Shown piece by piece: positions 1-13,289 of a stretch of 64,000 nucleotides of DNA. Made by a program: the position numbers and the translations under genes. How positions within the stretch are numbered: the stretch's first letter is position 1; every line of letters begins with the position of its first letter. This stretch comes from Octopus sinensis (Eukaryota), in NCBI RefSeq assembly GCF_006345805.1, contig NC_043009.1, positions 18,848,001-18,912,000 on the forward strand, given 5' to 3'. Below the pieces are notes generated by a model. The model was not told the DNA's origin, ran no database searches, and saw only the letters and a program-made list of their open reading frames with translations.

Positions 1-52
1 CTATTTTGTATCAAACCTCTGACTGAAGATCTGAAAGGAAAACTCATCCTTT
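1..52 (-). CDS. Gene A putative coding exon 5 (partial, continues past window edge): ERMSFPFRSSVRGLIQN...
   Basis: Minus-strand pyrimidine tract and acceptor (gtctgtttttctgtttcAG, AG at 54-53). Only the phase-1 frame is open, matching the phase-1 end of exon 877-1110. Confidence 0.5.
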
Positions 53-876
53 CTGAAACAGAAAAACAGACAATAACATCGTCCCAACCATATATGTTCT
101 TTCTATTTAGTACAAAAACGATCATCGTGGTCAAACTCAATATTTTAAGAGGACAAGCTGGATATTTCACACTAACTGAAGAAAGCCATATATCCGGATT
201 TGATTAAGGAGTCAAAAGATGGCGTGGAGTTTAATCCCTATTGATATCGACTGCTGTAGTTGACAAGAGACCGCAGATGAAGCCCTTCCGCGGATGAAAG
301 TTGATTCAGTACACGCTGCTCACTAAGGTGAGGGTTAGGGGCATAACTAAGGGATATAGCGCTTGTGATCCAGAGATGCCTGTTAAAGATGAGGTCTTTC
401 CAACACTGCGATTGCTTTTGTCACAATCAAGAGAATGATCGTGCGACATCATTAAGTAGCTTCCGCGGTCTCTGCTTAGGGCAAGGTTCAGTCTGGTTTG
501 CATTTGCATTTGATAATTGATGAATAACTGAATATTACATTTTAATATCATTTTAAAGGAGTGCAATTAATAACAGAAGCTTTAAACTCTCAAAACTTGC
601 CTTACACGCAATATCTCCTTTCAGGTCAAAAACACAAGTCTTAGTAATATAGCTGATCGATTAAAACGACCAAACCACTTTCCGACAAATTTGTGAAATT
701 ATAGCTATGTAAAAACATCAATATTTTACAGAAAAGCAGTGAAGCTTGCACTCAATGTAAAAATTAAAAGCACTGACATTTATTTTTGTCAACTTACTCC
801 ATTTTAGGCACATAAAATATTGTTAATAAATATGCAACCCACTTCAAGGTTTATTATTTTTGAGTGTAGTACTCAC

Positions 877-1110
877 CATCATTCAAACTGTAATAATCCC
901 ATCTATGAATACTGGCTGTGAGACTTTTGTCTTTATGATTTAAATCGGTCAAATCACATCGTCTTTGTTCAACTTTATATTCAAACATTTTGCAGTTTTT
1001 CAATTGTTTGCAGTGTGCAGCACATCTATCGGCACTTATATCATCAAGTTTATCGAGATGGTCATATTTGTCGATAGTGGCTCCTTTTACAACAACCATT
1101 TTACCTTTAT
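877..1110 (-). CDS. Gene A coding exon 4: PAN/Apple domain 2
   Basis: 234-nt phase 1-1 exon, tcttctAG acceptor, G|GTGAGT donor. Encodes C-x3-C-x5-C-x11-C (CAAHCKQLKNCKMFEYKVEQRRCDL...WDYY), the 4-Cys PAN core. Confidence 0.9.
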
Positions 1111-1251
1111 CTAGAAGATATTAAAGTAAATTTGATTACATACAATACTGAAACTTTAAAAGAATTTCGAAACGATTCATCGTTTTCATTTTCATATGTT
1201 CCTTGAAAGAAATATTTCCACATCTTTGTCTGCTTTTATGTATTAACTTCA

Positions 1252-1269
1252 GACACACACACACACACA

Positions 1270-1325
<56 letters not shown>

Positions 1326-1328
1326 CAC
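1252..1328. repeat. (CA)n microsatellite
   Basis: Seen directly. Confidence 0.95.
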
Positions 1329-1424
1329 TTAAGAGAATACACTTGTATGAATATATCAGGATGAGTAAAAAGTAAGCAACGTTTTGAAACATGAAATTCA
1401 TCACAATATATTTCAACAACGCGG

Positions 1425-2400
1425 AAATTGTATTCATCAAAGTAAGTACCATTACAATCAATGAGTTACAAGTTTGTTTATTCCGGTGATATATCAATCT
1501 GGAATTCTGGAGCTGATGAACTCCTTGAACGCACTTTCAACAATGGTTTGATTTTTGAACTTCTCTCGCAGGGAACCATCAAAGTAATTGAAAAAGTAGT
1601 CGTCTAGGGAATAAGCTGGATGGGGGAAGAACTTCATAGCCAAGTTCCCTCAACCTCTGGAGCATCATTAGTGAAACGTGTAGTCAAGCATTGCCATGAA
1701 GAACGATTGGCTCTCTTCTGCTGACCAGTCTGGAACGCAGGTGTAGCAGTTTTTCGTTCATTTTGGTAATTTCATGGCAATATGTTTCTGCAGTAATGTT
1801 TTTTCTGGGTTTTAAGAAGTTATAGTGGATGAGTCCAGCAGTACACCACCCAACAGTCACCATAACCTTTGAAGAGCTTGGATTTAGGGAAGGTTTCCGG
1901 TGCTTCATTTTTGTCTAAAATTATTAGTGTACAGAATCCACTTTCATCGCAAGTTACAATACGGTCGAAAGAAGGAGCGGTCCGGTTACAGAGAAGCGAC
2001 AAACAAATTTCATATCTGCGCATTTTCTGATTTTCATTCAAATCGTGTGGTACTCATTTGGCGAACTTCTTTGATTTTCCGATCGCATGCAAATGATCGC
2101 AGGCAATTTCTGGCTAACTTGAAGTTCTTTTGCCAGTTCTCGAGTAGTTTTACGTGGATCTTTCTCGACGGTCTATAATTGACCGTCATCGATGACAAAA
2201 AAGGCGTCCACTACGCTCATGATCTTGAAGGCTCAGGTTTCCACCGCGAAAGCGTTTAAAACATTTTCGAGCTGGCCGCTCACTGGTCATTTCCTTACCA
2301 GACGTTTCGTTGATATCGCGAGCAGTTTCAACTGCTTTACGTCCTTTATTGAAGTTGAATAGCGAAATTGCTCGAATATCGCGCTGTGACACTTCCATTT
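1425..2400 (-). mobile_element. Degenerate mariner transposase
   Basis: HTH region (FNKGRKAVETARDINET...FKRFRGGNLSLQDHERSGR), RIVTCDE first Asp, KVMVTVGW, HGNA (HDNA-like). Frameshifted. Confidence 0.85.
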
Positions 2401-2994
2401 CAGATGAATGTAACAACGGTGAAAAATATATCAATGTTAATTTATTGATGCATTTGGGCAAGTCTATGTCTGTATTATCAGACAACTGCAAAAAAATGTT
2501 TAGAAAAAATCCAAAGCTCTGCAAAAATCCGGTACAAATTCTTCATGGTTCAAAACATTGCTTACTTTTTACTCAACCTGATATATTTATTGTTTTATAT
2601 ATTTATGTTTTATATAAGTTTTATTCATACGTATATCAGTGTAATGGTTAAAAAGAAATTATGTCTACTTCTGCGCAGAATGCCGAATGTTAGAATCGGT
2701 AGATTACTATTTCAAAATAAATTGTAACTATATTTTTCGTGATTACATTATTGTAGTTCAATAATTTTGTTGGTTTTTATTTCTTTTTAATCTTAATAAT
2801 AGGAAATAACTTTCAGTCGATTGTGATTAGTTTTTAGCTAGTTTCTGTTTTATTGTCTGAAATACAATCTAATTCGCCAGTTTACTGTACTGGACAATAG
2901 ATATCGGATAAACTTCCGGAAGGAATTGTATTTGCTATTTGGTTGTATGATGTTGTTAACTTGTCTTACTTTCCGTCATTATACAGATCTTATA

Positions 2995-3165
2995 GGCGCA
3001 GGAGTGGCTGTGTGGTAAGTAGCTTGCTTACCAACCACATGGTTCCGCGTTCAGTTCCACTGTGTGGCACCTTAGACAAATGTCTTCCACTATAGCCTTG
3101 AGCCGACCAAAGCCTTGTGAGAGGATTTGGTTGATGGAAACTGAAAGAAGCCCGTCGTATATATG

Positions 3166-3249
<84 letters not shown>

Positions 3250-3269
3250 TGTGTGTTTTTTTTGTGTGT

Positions 3270-3305
<36 letters not shown>

Positions 3306-3530
3306 ATGCGTGCGTGTATGTCTGTGTTTGTCCCCCCAACATCGCTTGACAACCGATGCTGCTGTGTTTACGTCCCCGTAACTTAGCGTTTCGGCAAAAG
3401 AGACCGATAGAATAAGTACTAGGCTTACAAAGAATAAGTCCAGGGGTTGATTTGGTCGACTAAAGGCGGTGCTCCAGCATGGCTGCAGCCAAATGACTGA
3501 AACAAGTAAAAGAGTAAAAGAGTAAAAGAG
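2995..3530 (+). mobile_element. tRNA-derived SINE with internal (TA)n/(TG)n, octopus-type
   Basis: A/B-box-like head (gtggctgtgtggtaag ... gttcagttcc), internal microsatellite, (gtaaaaga)n tail. Confidence 0.8.
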
Positions 3531-3897
3531 TATATCTCGTACTCTAACTCAGTCATGGCTATTTATTGCCTTTGTTAAAATACCATGTTATACAGATTAG
3601 CTTTCAGAATAAGGATACTTTGAGTAACTCCAAACATTCCTCTCTTGAGCTATATTGAATACGGAAGTGCTTTTGGTATCATTGGAAAAAAGCAATTTCT
3701 TTTTTTAAAAGTATTCGATTTGACATAGCGCCAATTTTTCTGGAGAATGAATAATGTCGCAAGTTTCGTAGCGGACACTTTAATTCAGAAGATAATAGTC
3801 TAAATTTCGACCTTATGTAAACTTTTCTCTTTAATAAACAGTTAAATTCATTTTATGTCGGAATATTACGAAATAATATAATTTTAAAAAATCATAC

Positions 3898-4161
3898 TTG
3901 GTATAATTTGAAAGTAATCATATTTCGTTCTTCGAACAACTTTAATTCCGTCTTCAGATGCATCATGTTTTGACAAAAAGCAGGTCAATGCAAATTTATG
4001 ATAAACAAATGATTTACAGCCTGTAGTAGTTGCGCATTTTTGTGCACACATTTCAACTGGAACTGCCTTGATTATCTTCAGAAGAGGTCTGACAGTTAAA
4101 GAAGCGTTGAATACTTTAATGTAAGTGACATGGTCAGCTTCGAATAGAGAGGAATCCTTTC
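3898..4161 (-). CDS. Gene A coding exon 3: PAN/Apple domain 1
   Basis: 264-nt phase 1-1 exon, ttcttcccAG acceptor, A|GTATGA donor. CAQKCATTTGCKSFVYHKFALTC...YDYF. Confidence 0.9.
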
Positions 4162-4896
4162 CTGGGAAGAAAACAAATGGAAAGAACAATTATGCATTGC
4201 CTAAAGACATATCAACTGTATCTCAACAGCAACATTTATTATACGGGTTTGAAAGGTGTGGGTGCAGGATCGATACTATTCTTACATCTGGAAAACTATA
4301 GGATAAGAAGTCGAAGTTCACAATTTTCTGCACTTTTAGGAAACAGGGCTTCTTGGTCAAGCTTTATAGAAGACATGCGTGTTGGGAGGAGAGTTTCGAG
4401 CATTAATAGATGAAGTGGGGCTTTCAGACATTCATTATCAAAGAGTTGGAATCTTTTGTCTGTAGTTGGGATTTAATATTTTAATTGTTGTGAGGTAACA
4501 CAGGATGCCCTAAAGCCACCACACCAGTTATCTCCTTATTTATGATACTACAGCCTATTTCACTGTCACAAGGTATATTAAAGTGCACCCAAGTTACTCT
4601 TCCTCACCACTAGATCAATTCATAATTTTGCATGCCTAAATATCAGCTCAGCTGTAGAAGGAATAACGAGAGATAGCTAAGAATTTTAAAATTTTGAATG
4701 ATTGGTTAGTTTCTTCATATATGGTTGTTTTAAACCGCTCTTATCATCCGCTATATTTTATTATATAAGAAATATAGAAAGTTCTATTTAAAATTTGAGA
4801 ATCTAAAGAGGCGGGTATACTTTTAATATGCATGAATACTAAAAACATATGTTTTTATTTTTTATTTCCATTTTCAACTGCACTATTTTTAAACTA

Positions 4897-5774
4897 CGAG
4901 GTGGTATCAAAAGGTTCCCGGACTAGTTATGTTTCATAAAAAATAGTTTATTCATCTCCTTCGAAATAGTCACCTTGCGCAGCAATACACTGGTCCCAGT
5001 GTTTGCGCTACTTTTGGAATCCGGCTTTGTTTTCTTCCGTAAGCGAGTCGAGGACCTTCTGATCTCGACAACGGTGTTAAAACGGTGACCCCTGAGCTGC
5101 ATTTTCATTTTGAGGTAGAAATAGAAGTCCGCAGGTACTAAATCTGGCAAACAGGGCAGATGCAGAAGTGATACCATGTTGTTTTTGGCAAGAAACTCGT
5201 GAGTGAAGAGAGCTCAGTGACAGGGTGCATTGACATCATAAAGAATGCAATTGTTTGCGCTCCACATATCCGGTCACTTTCGCCAAATGTACTTCTTAAA
5301 ATGTTTCAAAACATCGATGATTGTCTTCCGATGATCCTCATGCACAAGTTGATGGATTTTATCCACGTATCTTGGGTTGACGCCCGTGGCAGGTCATCCA
5401 GATCGCTAATTGTCTTCCAGGAACGTTCTCCCGCTTTTGAAGCGCCCGTGTTACTCGAAACATTGCGTACGACCCATTGCCATGTTGTAGTAGGCTTGCC
5501 GAAACATACTCAATATCTCTGTGGCAGATTTCCTAAGTTTAAGGCAAAATTTTACGTTGGCTCTTTGTTCCAACTTCTTGACAAAAATCACAAACAACAG
5601 CATACACGTGATCAAAAAAGCATGAATTTCACAACTTACGAAGTAAACACTGCAATGTCACTCGGCACACTGTCTCATGAAGGTCATTGCTAGCTCTCAC
5701 TGTGCCCACAATCATGTGCTGCCATCTGTTGGTGTGCTACAGAACTAGTCCCAGAACTTTTTGATACTACCTCG
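4897..5774 (-). mobile_element. Internally deleted mariner element with TIRs and TA TSD
   Basis: About 30-bp imperfect TIRs (cgaggtggtatcaaaaggttcccggactagtt / aactagtcccagaactttttgatactacctcg) flanked by TA. Transposase remnant PDLVPADFYFY..MKMQLRGHRF. Confidence 0.88.
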
Positions 5775-7589
5775 TACTTTTCCAGGTTCAGTCAATGAAG
5801 AATATTATAGAGAGAGGGAGAGAGAGGGAGAAAGTGGGGAGATGGGAGGGTGGAGGGGGAAAGAGGGGGGATGGAAGGGGAGAAGGAGATGGGAAGGAGA
5901 GAGGGAAGGGGAGATGGGGAGAGAGAAAGTAATGTTTGTGGCCACTTTTGCGTGGCCGTTCCACGCAGAACAATATTACTACAGGGAAACATTGTTTTTT
6001 CCCCAGCTAGTTCACAACACACAACCTGTGTCTGATATACTGCGAGTAAGAGAGCAAACCACTCCCCTTTTCCAACGTGGAAAGATCAGTAGACCAGCTG
6101 GTTTCTGGGTGTGGACGCTTGCTCGGGGAGCACAACTACATTATCTTTCAGAATAGCAGTAATATGAAGATTTAAAGGCGTTACTCAATTTCCTAATTGA
6201 CCAACGGTTTCTACTACGGCAATTTTTATGTAGCTTACAGACTTATTCGTATAGTTCACTAATTTTATCTTTGATTTTGGTACACCTAAATCAAAAATAA
6301 TTTTAAAATAAGGACACTACACTTCTTCGAAATTGCATCAATCTGTTACACTCCTTCTTTCGGAACACCCATATTTTATCGTAACTTTTTTTTTATTCAA
6401 CCAGTTTTCTATTTTATCTCAAAGTTAGTGGAGCTATAATCCTTCTTAGTGAATGCAACTGCATTTAATTTGTTCCTGAATTGGATTCGCATAGAAGTGG
6501 TTGCGAAAAAAATCACTGTCTTCCTTAAGAATGTTATTCATTCACTGCCATTGATGAATGATGTGGAAAAGATGTAACTATGAATGCGATATCAATAGTA
6601 ACTTTATGAATACATTATCAATGACTCTAAATGTAACATTAGCTCTGAATCAAAGTAATAAACATAATTGGAGATAAAATATCTGTAAATCTAAGTATGA
6701 CATAAGTAAGAAAACTGTAGCATTCGATGTATGTAATATGAAAGCGACTCTCGGCATGCAACGTAACAATGGCATTTAATATATAGTTAGCGGCACTCAT
6801 GAATATTTCACGGAATTAATGGTAAACTTATAGGGTAATTTCTGAAAACGTTATCCAAAAAACCTGCAAGTGTAGCCTGTGTTGTGTCTGTCTCAAAAGA
6901 TAGGCGTTCATCTGCTATTCATCGAAAAGTGACAGAAATTGGAATACGATGATTACTTTATGCACTTTATATATACACTTTATATACTTTATGAACAATT
7001 TTATAGTTCTAATACGCAGCACTCTCCCTCTTTATCTCTCGCCTTACCCTCTTTTTCTTTCTCTTTTCCTTTCACTCTTCGCCTTTCTCTTCAACTAACC
7101 ACGCGAAAGCGTTACAGACGGGCTAAGTAACGGAGGAAAAAGCTTAGTTAAAAAAAAGAATTACATAATGCACTCACCACCACCTCTCCTTCCCCTCCTC
7201 CTCCCCTACTCTGCATCAGACTTTGTATATATGTAACACGAATATAAATTGGTTTTGTGTAAACTTAATAAGAACCACCGGTATGTAATAAAATGAATAA
7301 CTAGAATTATATAATCCCAACGGTAATTTGATTTATGTAACCAAAATTAAATTCCTCTTTCAATGGGAGAGATAGAGAGAAAGAGAGATAGAGGGAGGGT
7401 GTTACTTAATAAGACTGGGAAATAAAGAAGTAAATATATTAGGTTGGAAAGAAAATCGTGCTTCAGTTTTAACATGATCACTTTGAGTATAGTTTTTGAT
7501 ACTCTAAAGTAATCGATAATGTTTACACCCTAATATTTTCTCTTTTTTCTGCATATTTTTATACTTTAGTGATAAAATTGGTATCTATT

Positions 7590-7950
7590 TTACCCTTTTT
7601 AAATAAGTTTAGCTCATATCCGTATCAGGCATGTGGTATGGATTCAAAAGGGGCTTTTGGATGGTAGCAACAAGAAATATTCGTTCTGTCTATGGAAATA
7701 AAACTTTAAATATCCGGTCGTGCCAACGAGAGTTTGCCCAGTTTCGCTCAGGAAATTTTTCTGTCATAGATTACCCTCGACCTGGACGTCCAAGTTCTGT
7801 TAATATGGAGCTTCTGAAAACCGTAAAATACAAAGCAAACTGCACGAGAATTAGCAAAACAGGAAAACTCAAGTCCCAGTTTGATTATAAAACACCTTCA
7901 AGCTAAAGTATCTAAACCTGGTCAGTGGATCCCTCATCATCTGACTGCTT
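7590..7950 (+). mobile_element. mariner transposase N-terminal fragment
   Basis: ATRNIRSVYG...FRSGNFSVIDYPRPGRP, then WIPHHL (WVPHEL-like). Confidence 0.75.
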
Positions 7951-7954
7951 CTCC

Positions 7955-8043
7955 GTTTAATCGAAGTCATTGAAAAGAATGAGCTGTATCCGAGGAGTTT
8001 TGAACCTTTTTTAAGGAGTAACGGTTATAACAGTCCTAAATTA
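7955..8043 (+). repeat. Partial copy of the LTR-like sequence at 9427-9514
   Basis: Shared gtttaatcgaagtcattgaaaagaatgag...ggagttttga...ttttttaaggag...taacagtccta. Confidence 0.7.
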
Positions 8044-8129
8044 TTGTAATTTTCGTATTTCATTACTAAACCGCCAACTTTTTGTTCCAGATTGAAAAAG
8101 GTGGAAGTAAGAACACTTTGAATACATCA

Positions 8130-8520
8130 GACAATTTGCAAGCTCACTATTCAATAAAGTTCTGTGTTAAACTGGACATTGCTGTTACAGAAACTTATGA
8201 AATGCTTCAGACTGCTTGTGGATTATCTTGTATGAGCCGAGTATATGTTTTAACTGGTAAAAGAGGATCAAGGACAGTAGAATAGATGTGAGAGACAATG
8301 TGTGGGAGGGAGAGGGAAGTTAGAACATTAGAACTGGTTGAGAAAATTCGCAATTTTCTGGGTGAAGACAGTGGAAAGATGAAAGAGGCTGTGACAAGGG
8401 TCCTGGACACATTCACTTAGTAGGACTTCCATGGAGCCTTCACGGCGTAGGTGGAGAGCTACAAGTGAATTGAAGTCAGAGGATCCTACTTTGAAGTAGA
8501 TTAAAGTTTTGTACTTCTTT
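8130..8520 (+). mobile_element. mariner remnant (internally deleted)
   Basis: YSIKFCVKL..AVTETYEMLQTA N-terminal motif and a C-terminal remnant. Confidence 0.65.
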
Positions 8521-8693
8521 GAAGTTAATGTCTTCCCTGAAAAGTCTCAAAATCTCTAGACTTTCTACCGAACGTTTCATAAGTACATTCATCCAAACTG
8601 GTGAAAAGTGGCTCCTCTATCATCATTCCCAACGAAAAGGACAATGGTTGGTATTGTTTGATTCTTTCACCCGCACGATTTTCATTAAGTAAA

Positions 8694-9303
8694 AAGAAAC
8701 AAACTCGGATTTTTTGCGTGGAATCAAGTACCCTGAACTCCTAATATGCTGCAAACTCCTTATTTTTGTTCGGAAAATAAAGATATTTATGTTTTGATAT
8801 TATACTTTTACTTCGTTTCACATATACAAGCAAAATCTCTAACGTTTTTTTTTAGATGAATTTATTGTTCGTTATCCCTCCACACACTTCTTTACCACTA
8901 ACTTCTATAACCTCCGCATTTTCCCTTATTCATTTCAAACTTCCTTGAATTTTCAATCTAAAGTAATCCACACTCTCTCGAAAACGTATTTCTGCAAAAT
9001 GTTATCTAAAATTATGGGTAAAGAAAGAAATAGCCAAAAATATTTGAAAATGGAGGTGGGAAGTGAAATTTCTGAGGGTTCCACCCCACTCCACCCCGAT
9101 TTCCGGGGTCCAAAACGGGTTTTGTGGCATATTAGGAGGTCACCGGAATTCAGTCAACGAAAAAAAAAATTCCAATGATTCCGGGGGGGATGGGGCATCC
9201 AGTTTCCCACCCACCCCTTTTTTCCGAACAAAAACAAGGGGGTTACAGCATATTAGGTTAGTGTACTTGATTCCATGCAAAAAATCCGAGTATTTTTTTT
9301 CTT
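8694..9303. mobile_element. Non-coding element bounded by ~55-bp inverted repeats (MITE-like)
   Basis: actcggattttttgcgtggaatcaagtac...ctaatatgctg at ~8703-8751 is the reverse complement of 9246-9292. Confidence 0.55.
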
Positions 9304-9305
9304 AG

Positions 9306-12000
9306 TGATGGGGTGTGAAGAGAGTCGTCTATGATAAAGTATTAAACTAAAACGAAACTGTTAGTCGTCAGTTGGAAGAACTTCACGAAAAACTCCAGAA
9401 AGGCGTTCCTCACTGGACGCTTTTCAGTTTAATCGAAGTCATTGAAAAGAATGAGGTGCATCCTTGGAGTTTTGAGACTTTTTTAAGGAGAGAGAGTCTT
9501 AACAGTCCTACATTAAAAGGATTATAACAGTAGCGACGAGATTTAAACAACGTACGGGGAATTAATAAAGTCGAAGGGTATCTAAACAACTCATGAGGAA
9601 TTAATGGGGTTAATAGAAACTCGAAGAGGAGTTAATAATCTCACAAAGTTTTGTTGTGCGAATTTTACGAAAAAATCGTAAAATAATGTAAAATTTGTTG
9701 GCCGGTTTGCTCGAGTTGCAAAAACAGCAACAACAACTGAAAGAATAACAACAGGAGCAGCTAAAACTGCAAGAGCAACAACATAAGCAACAACAACAAC
9801 AAATACTGCAGTCACTGAAGCCGTAGGTAAGCCAGAAAAAGCATTTTCGGCAGACTATGTCACGAACTCCATAACAGAATTCAAATACGAACCTGACGAA
9901 GGAGTTACCTTCGCAGAGCATACTACAAAAGACATAAGCAAATCTAGAAAGAATGTAAAGATTTGGACAACAAGATGAAAATGCGCTTAATCTTGAGAAA
10001 ACTAGCGGCAACAGAACATGAGCGATACAATAATTTTGTACTCCTAGGAAAACCTGCGGACATAAACTTTAATGACACAATAGAGATACTGTGTAAAATT
10101 TTCAGTGAAAAAGCTCATTGTTCAACACACGTTTTGCTGATAGAGTTAACAGGGAATGCGAGAAGTTCAAGCTGAAAGAATTAACGCAAGATATGTTCAA
10201 ATGCCTTATTTTTACACAGACTTACTGCCGAAAGGATGCAGCAGTTAGAACCAGAATTCTCGCAAAGCTGGAACAAAACCAGAATTTAATCCTACAGCAA
10301 ATGTCAGAAGAGTATGAAAGGATAGTCTTATTAAGACACGACACAGAAGAAAATGAACGTAAATGATTGTTTCCAAGTAAAGCAAATGTGAAATAGAATA
10401 GAGATAAAGTGTTTTCTAAACAAAAAAATAAACAGGACAAAAAACAAGAAATAAACCCATGTTTTGCATGTGGAAGTATACACCTGAGGAAAAATTGTCC
10501 ATTTAAAAAAGCGGAGTGCTTTCATTGGGGAAATATAGGACATATACATTTCTTTATTGCCCACAAGGGGCTAAACATAAAGGGGGCAAACAAGGACAGA
10601 CAAACGGATTAAGTCGATTACATCGACCCCAGTGCGTAATTGGTACTTAATTTATCGACCCCGAAATTATGAAAGGAAAAGTCGACCTCGGCGGAATTTG
10701 AACTCAGAACGTAACGGCAGACGAAATACCGCTAAGCATTTCGCCCGGCGTGCTAACGTCTCTGCCAGTTCGCCGTCTTTTATGGAAATATAGGACATAT
10801 AAAGACGCACATTAGAACGAAGATGACAAAACGTCAGAACAAAGGAAAAAGAATGTCATCGAAAGAGATTGGTAATATTACGATGAGGAAATTCGTGAAG
10901 GTGAAAATCAGAAATACAAGTGTTAAAATACATTTGGACACTGGTATTGATGTCACCATTATAAACACACACACACACAAAAACGCGAAAATATGTCGGT
11001 AAGCCGAAATTAATTAAATCGAAAAAAATAGCACGTGGTGTTAAGGGGAAAAGAATATATTTCTTCGGTGAATTCATATGCAATGTAACATTTCGAGGTC
11101 AAACAAAAAAGGCTAAAATATATGTGTTAAAAAGTTCACCTAATCTATTCGGCTCAGAGTGGACGGAACTATTCAAATTATGTGATACGCCCACAAGTGT
11201 CCTGTGTGAAAATATAGTTGGGCCAGGCAAAGGTTCAAATGCGGCTGAGAGACTGAAGCAAAAAGTTTCAGTCAAACAAAGTGGAACACCGGTATGTAAG
11301 CCAAAACGAAATGAAAAATTGCCCACAATAAAAAGTAAACATTGTTGAAAAGTCGATGTTCAGTGGTTGAGACTACAACACATCGATTTCGCTGGTCCTT
11401 TAAATGCTTCTTACGATTTAGTGGTACTTGATAGTTCTCGAAATGGCCTGAAATTTGTAAGTGTATAAAATCAATCTCCTCAACTGTGATAAACTATTTA
11501 CAAGAATTGTCTGAAATATTTCGCATCCCAAACAAGATAATGTTTGACAATGGAACGCAATTTGTGTCTAGCGAATTTTTAAAATTTTGTGAAACGTTCG
11601 CGGTAGAACATATAACTACGGCGCCATACCATCCCAGATCTAATGGACAGGCAAGAATGCTTTGTCGATACCGTCAAAAGAGCCCTTAGAAAATCGAATG
11701 AGGAAGTCACGGATGAGGTAGCTCTACAACAATTTTTAAGAGTGTACCGTGTAACACCAAATCCGAATACACCAGCAGGTAGCTCCAAGGAAAGTAAAAT
11801 CAGTCCTTGATAAATTGCTACCTGGCAAGAAAAGAAAAGTGCCTGGGAATACATAGTAAAATTCTTTAAGTTGGTGAAAAGGTGTATATGAGGGCATACA
11901 AGAATAGAAAGCAGAGTTGGGGAGATGGCGTAATTACCAAATGCATAGGTAAAATGTATGGGGTAGAAGAGGCATACAAAAGAGACGGGAACCAACGGAA
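9306..12000 (+). mobile_element. Degenerate Ty3/Gypsy LTR retrotransposon (gag, protease, integrase; no RT seen)
   Basis: TG..CA LTR-like 9306-9529 followed by PBS-like tagcgacgag. Gag with knuckle CFACGSIHLRKNC...GHI, protease LDTGIDVTII, integrase HIDFAGP / FDNGTQFVS / TAPYHPRSNGQA. Confidence 0.85.
10547..10783 (-). mobile_element. SINE inserted in Gypsy gag, 18-bp TSD
   Basis: Reverse complement of the SINE at 14291-14530, flanked by direct repeat ggaaatataggacatata (10529-10546 and 10784-10801). Confidence 0.9.
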
Positions 12001-12159
12001 AATAATCTGGTACATCAAAAGAGGCGGTTTCGATCACCTATTCAAAATATTTCATTCATATTCGTACCCAATGTCACATCAGAACCGTAAACGCTACTAC
12101 AATGCTTTCCTTCCCCTCAAAACGTACTGCTTTTGACTACTGAAAAGTAATAAATATTG

Positions 12160-12330
12160 GTTTCAGGTTCTGACACAAAACCAGCAATTTCGGTACATCG
12201 ACCTCCCTTTTCAACTGGTTCTTATTTTACCAACTCCGAAAAGATGAAAGTTAAAGTCGACCCCGGCGGCATTTGAACTCAGAACGTAAAGAAATACCGC
12301 TAAGTATTTTTTTCAAAGCGCAACGATTCT
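12160..12330 (-). mobile_element. SINE copy (14291 family)
   Basis: gatgaaag..aaagtcgacc..ggcggcatttgaactcagaacg core. Confidence 0.7.
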
Positions 12331-12714
12331 GTTGAAAAGTAACAGATATTAAGAAATAAAATTATGAACGCCATTTTACTCTTCGAGATTGAGCATCGGT
12401 ATTGATTACTGGCTGATACAGGCGCATTTCGATTAATAAATCTTGTGCAAGTTATCAAACTTATGACACCTCAGTCCATTATTCTCCATAAAATATGGAA
12501 TCTTTGTACGATGTCAAACATAAGCTAATATTTAGAAATGAACGTTTTGTTGTGTTATCAGAGCTTTAAAAAAGGGGGAATATTTGTTCTGCTGTTGAAT
12601 AAGCATTGAATAAAATGTGAGTTATTAGGCCCATAAATAGAGAATAGTCCTCAGTAAAACGAAACACCCTTTGGAAACGCCTTCAGCAATAGAAGATATT
12701 AATAAATGTCTCAC

Positions 12715-12774
12715 CTGTTTGGTCTAATTTAAATGTATGAAGCATTTTAGCCTGCACCATCAACTGAAGGAAGG
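12715..12774 (-). CDS. Gene A coding exon 2: end of signal peptide and mature N-terminus (AFLQLMVQA-KMLHTFKLDQT)
   Basis: 60-nt phase 1-1 exon, long pyrimidine tract ending ttgtttctgcAG, CAG|GTGAGA donor. Joins in frame to exon 3898-4161. Confidence 0.8.
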
Positions 12775-13246
12775 CTGCAGAAACAAAGTGAAATGGTATT
12801 TAGAAACGAAAAAGAAAACAATAAGAAATTTACAGTTTACTTATGATATGAACGAGGTGTGTGAATGAAATATCAATTTGTGCTTGTGTTACTTAGAAAT
12901 ATGCGCTTTGGAAGCTAGGGTTATGAAAACATCTTGTTGATCATTTAGTATTTTGGAGTTTTCCTAAATTTAATCTTGATATAACGTATCAATAATGTTA
13001 GACTTTCGTACCCTGCTCTTCTTCAATGTATTGTCCAAAGCTGATATCACAGGTTTGATAGAAAACTGAATCTAAAAACAGATTTATAGTAACATGTTAA
13101 TTAGATCATCACCGCCGTGAGGTGTCAACTCATGCTTGAGAAATGTCATGAATTCTAAATCGGCAATTATTTACCGTAAGCTATTTCACAAGAAAATATA
13201 TCGAAATAAAAATTTATCGCTTACTTATCCCACAAAGTATACGCAC

Positions 13247-13289
13247 CGAAAATTGCTATGAAGCATGGCAATAGCTCTCCTGACTTCAT
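13247..13289 (-). CDS. Gene A coding exon 1: start of signal peptide (MKSGELLPCFIAIF)
   Basis: GCCATGA start context, G|GTGCGT phase-1 donor. Spliced product MKSGELLPCFIAIFAFLQLMVQA is a typical signal peptide with a V-Q-A cleavage motif. Possible acceptor AG at 13293-13292. Confidence 0.75.

Noticed and set aside
2995-3070. tRNA-like sequences (also at ~14291 and ~25849)
   Set aside because: A/B boxes run on into SINE bodies and no clean cloverleaf is evident; these are SINE heads, not tRNA genes.
7171-7185. Minus-strand GTG|GTGAGT donor-like site in gene A intron
   Set aside because: No matching acceptor or sensible frame upstream; lies in low-complexity purine-rich sequence.
12715-12763. 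Downstream AG (12765-12764) as the main acceptor for gene A exon 2
   Set aside because: The upstream AG fits the phase-1 ATG exon at 13247-13289 and mirrors gene B; kept only as a possible minor isoform.
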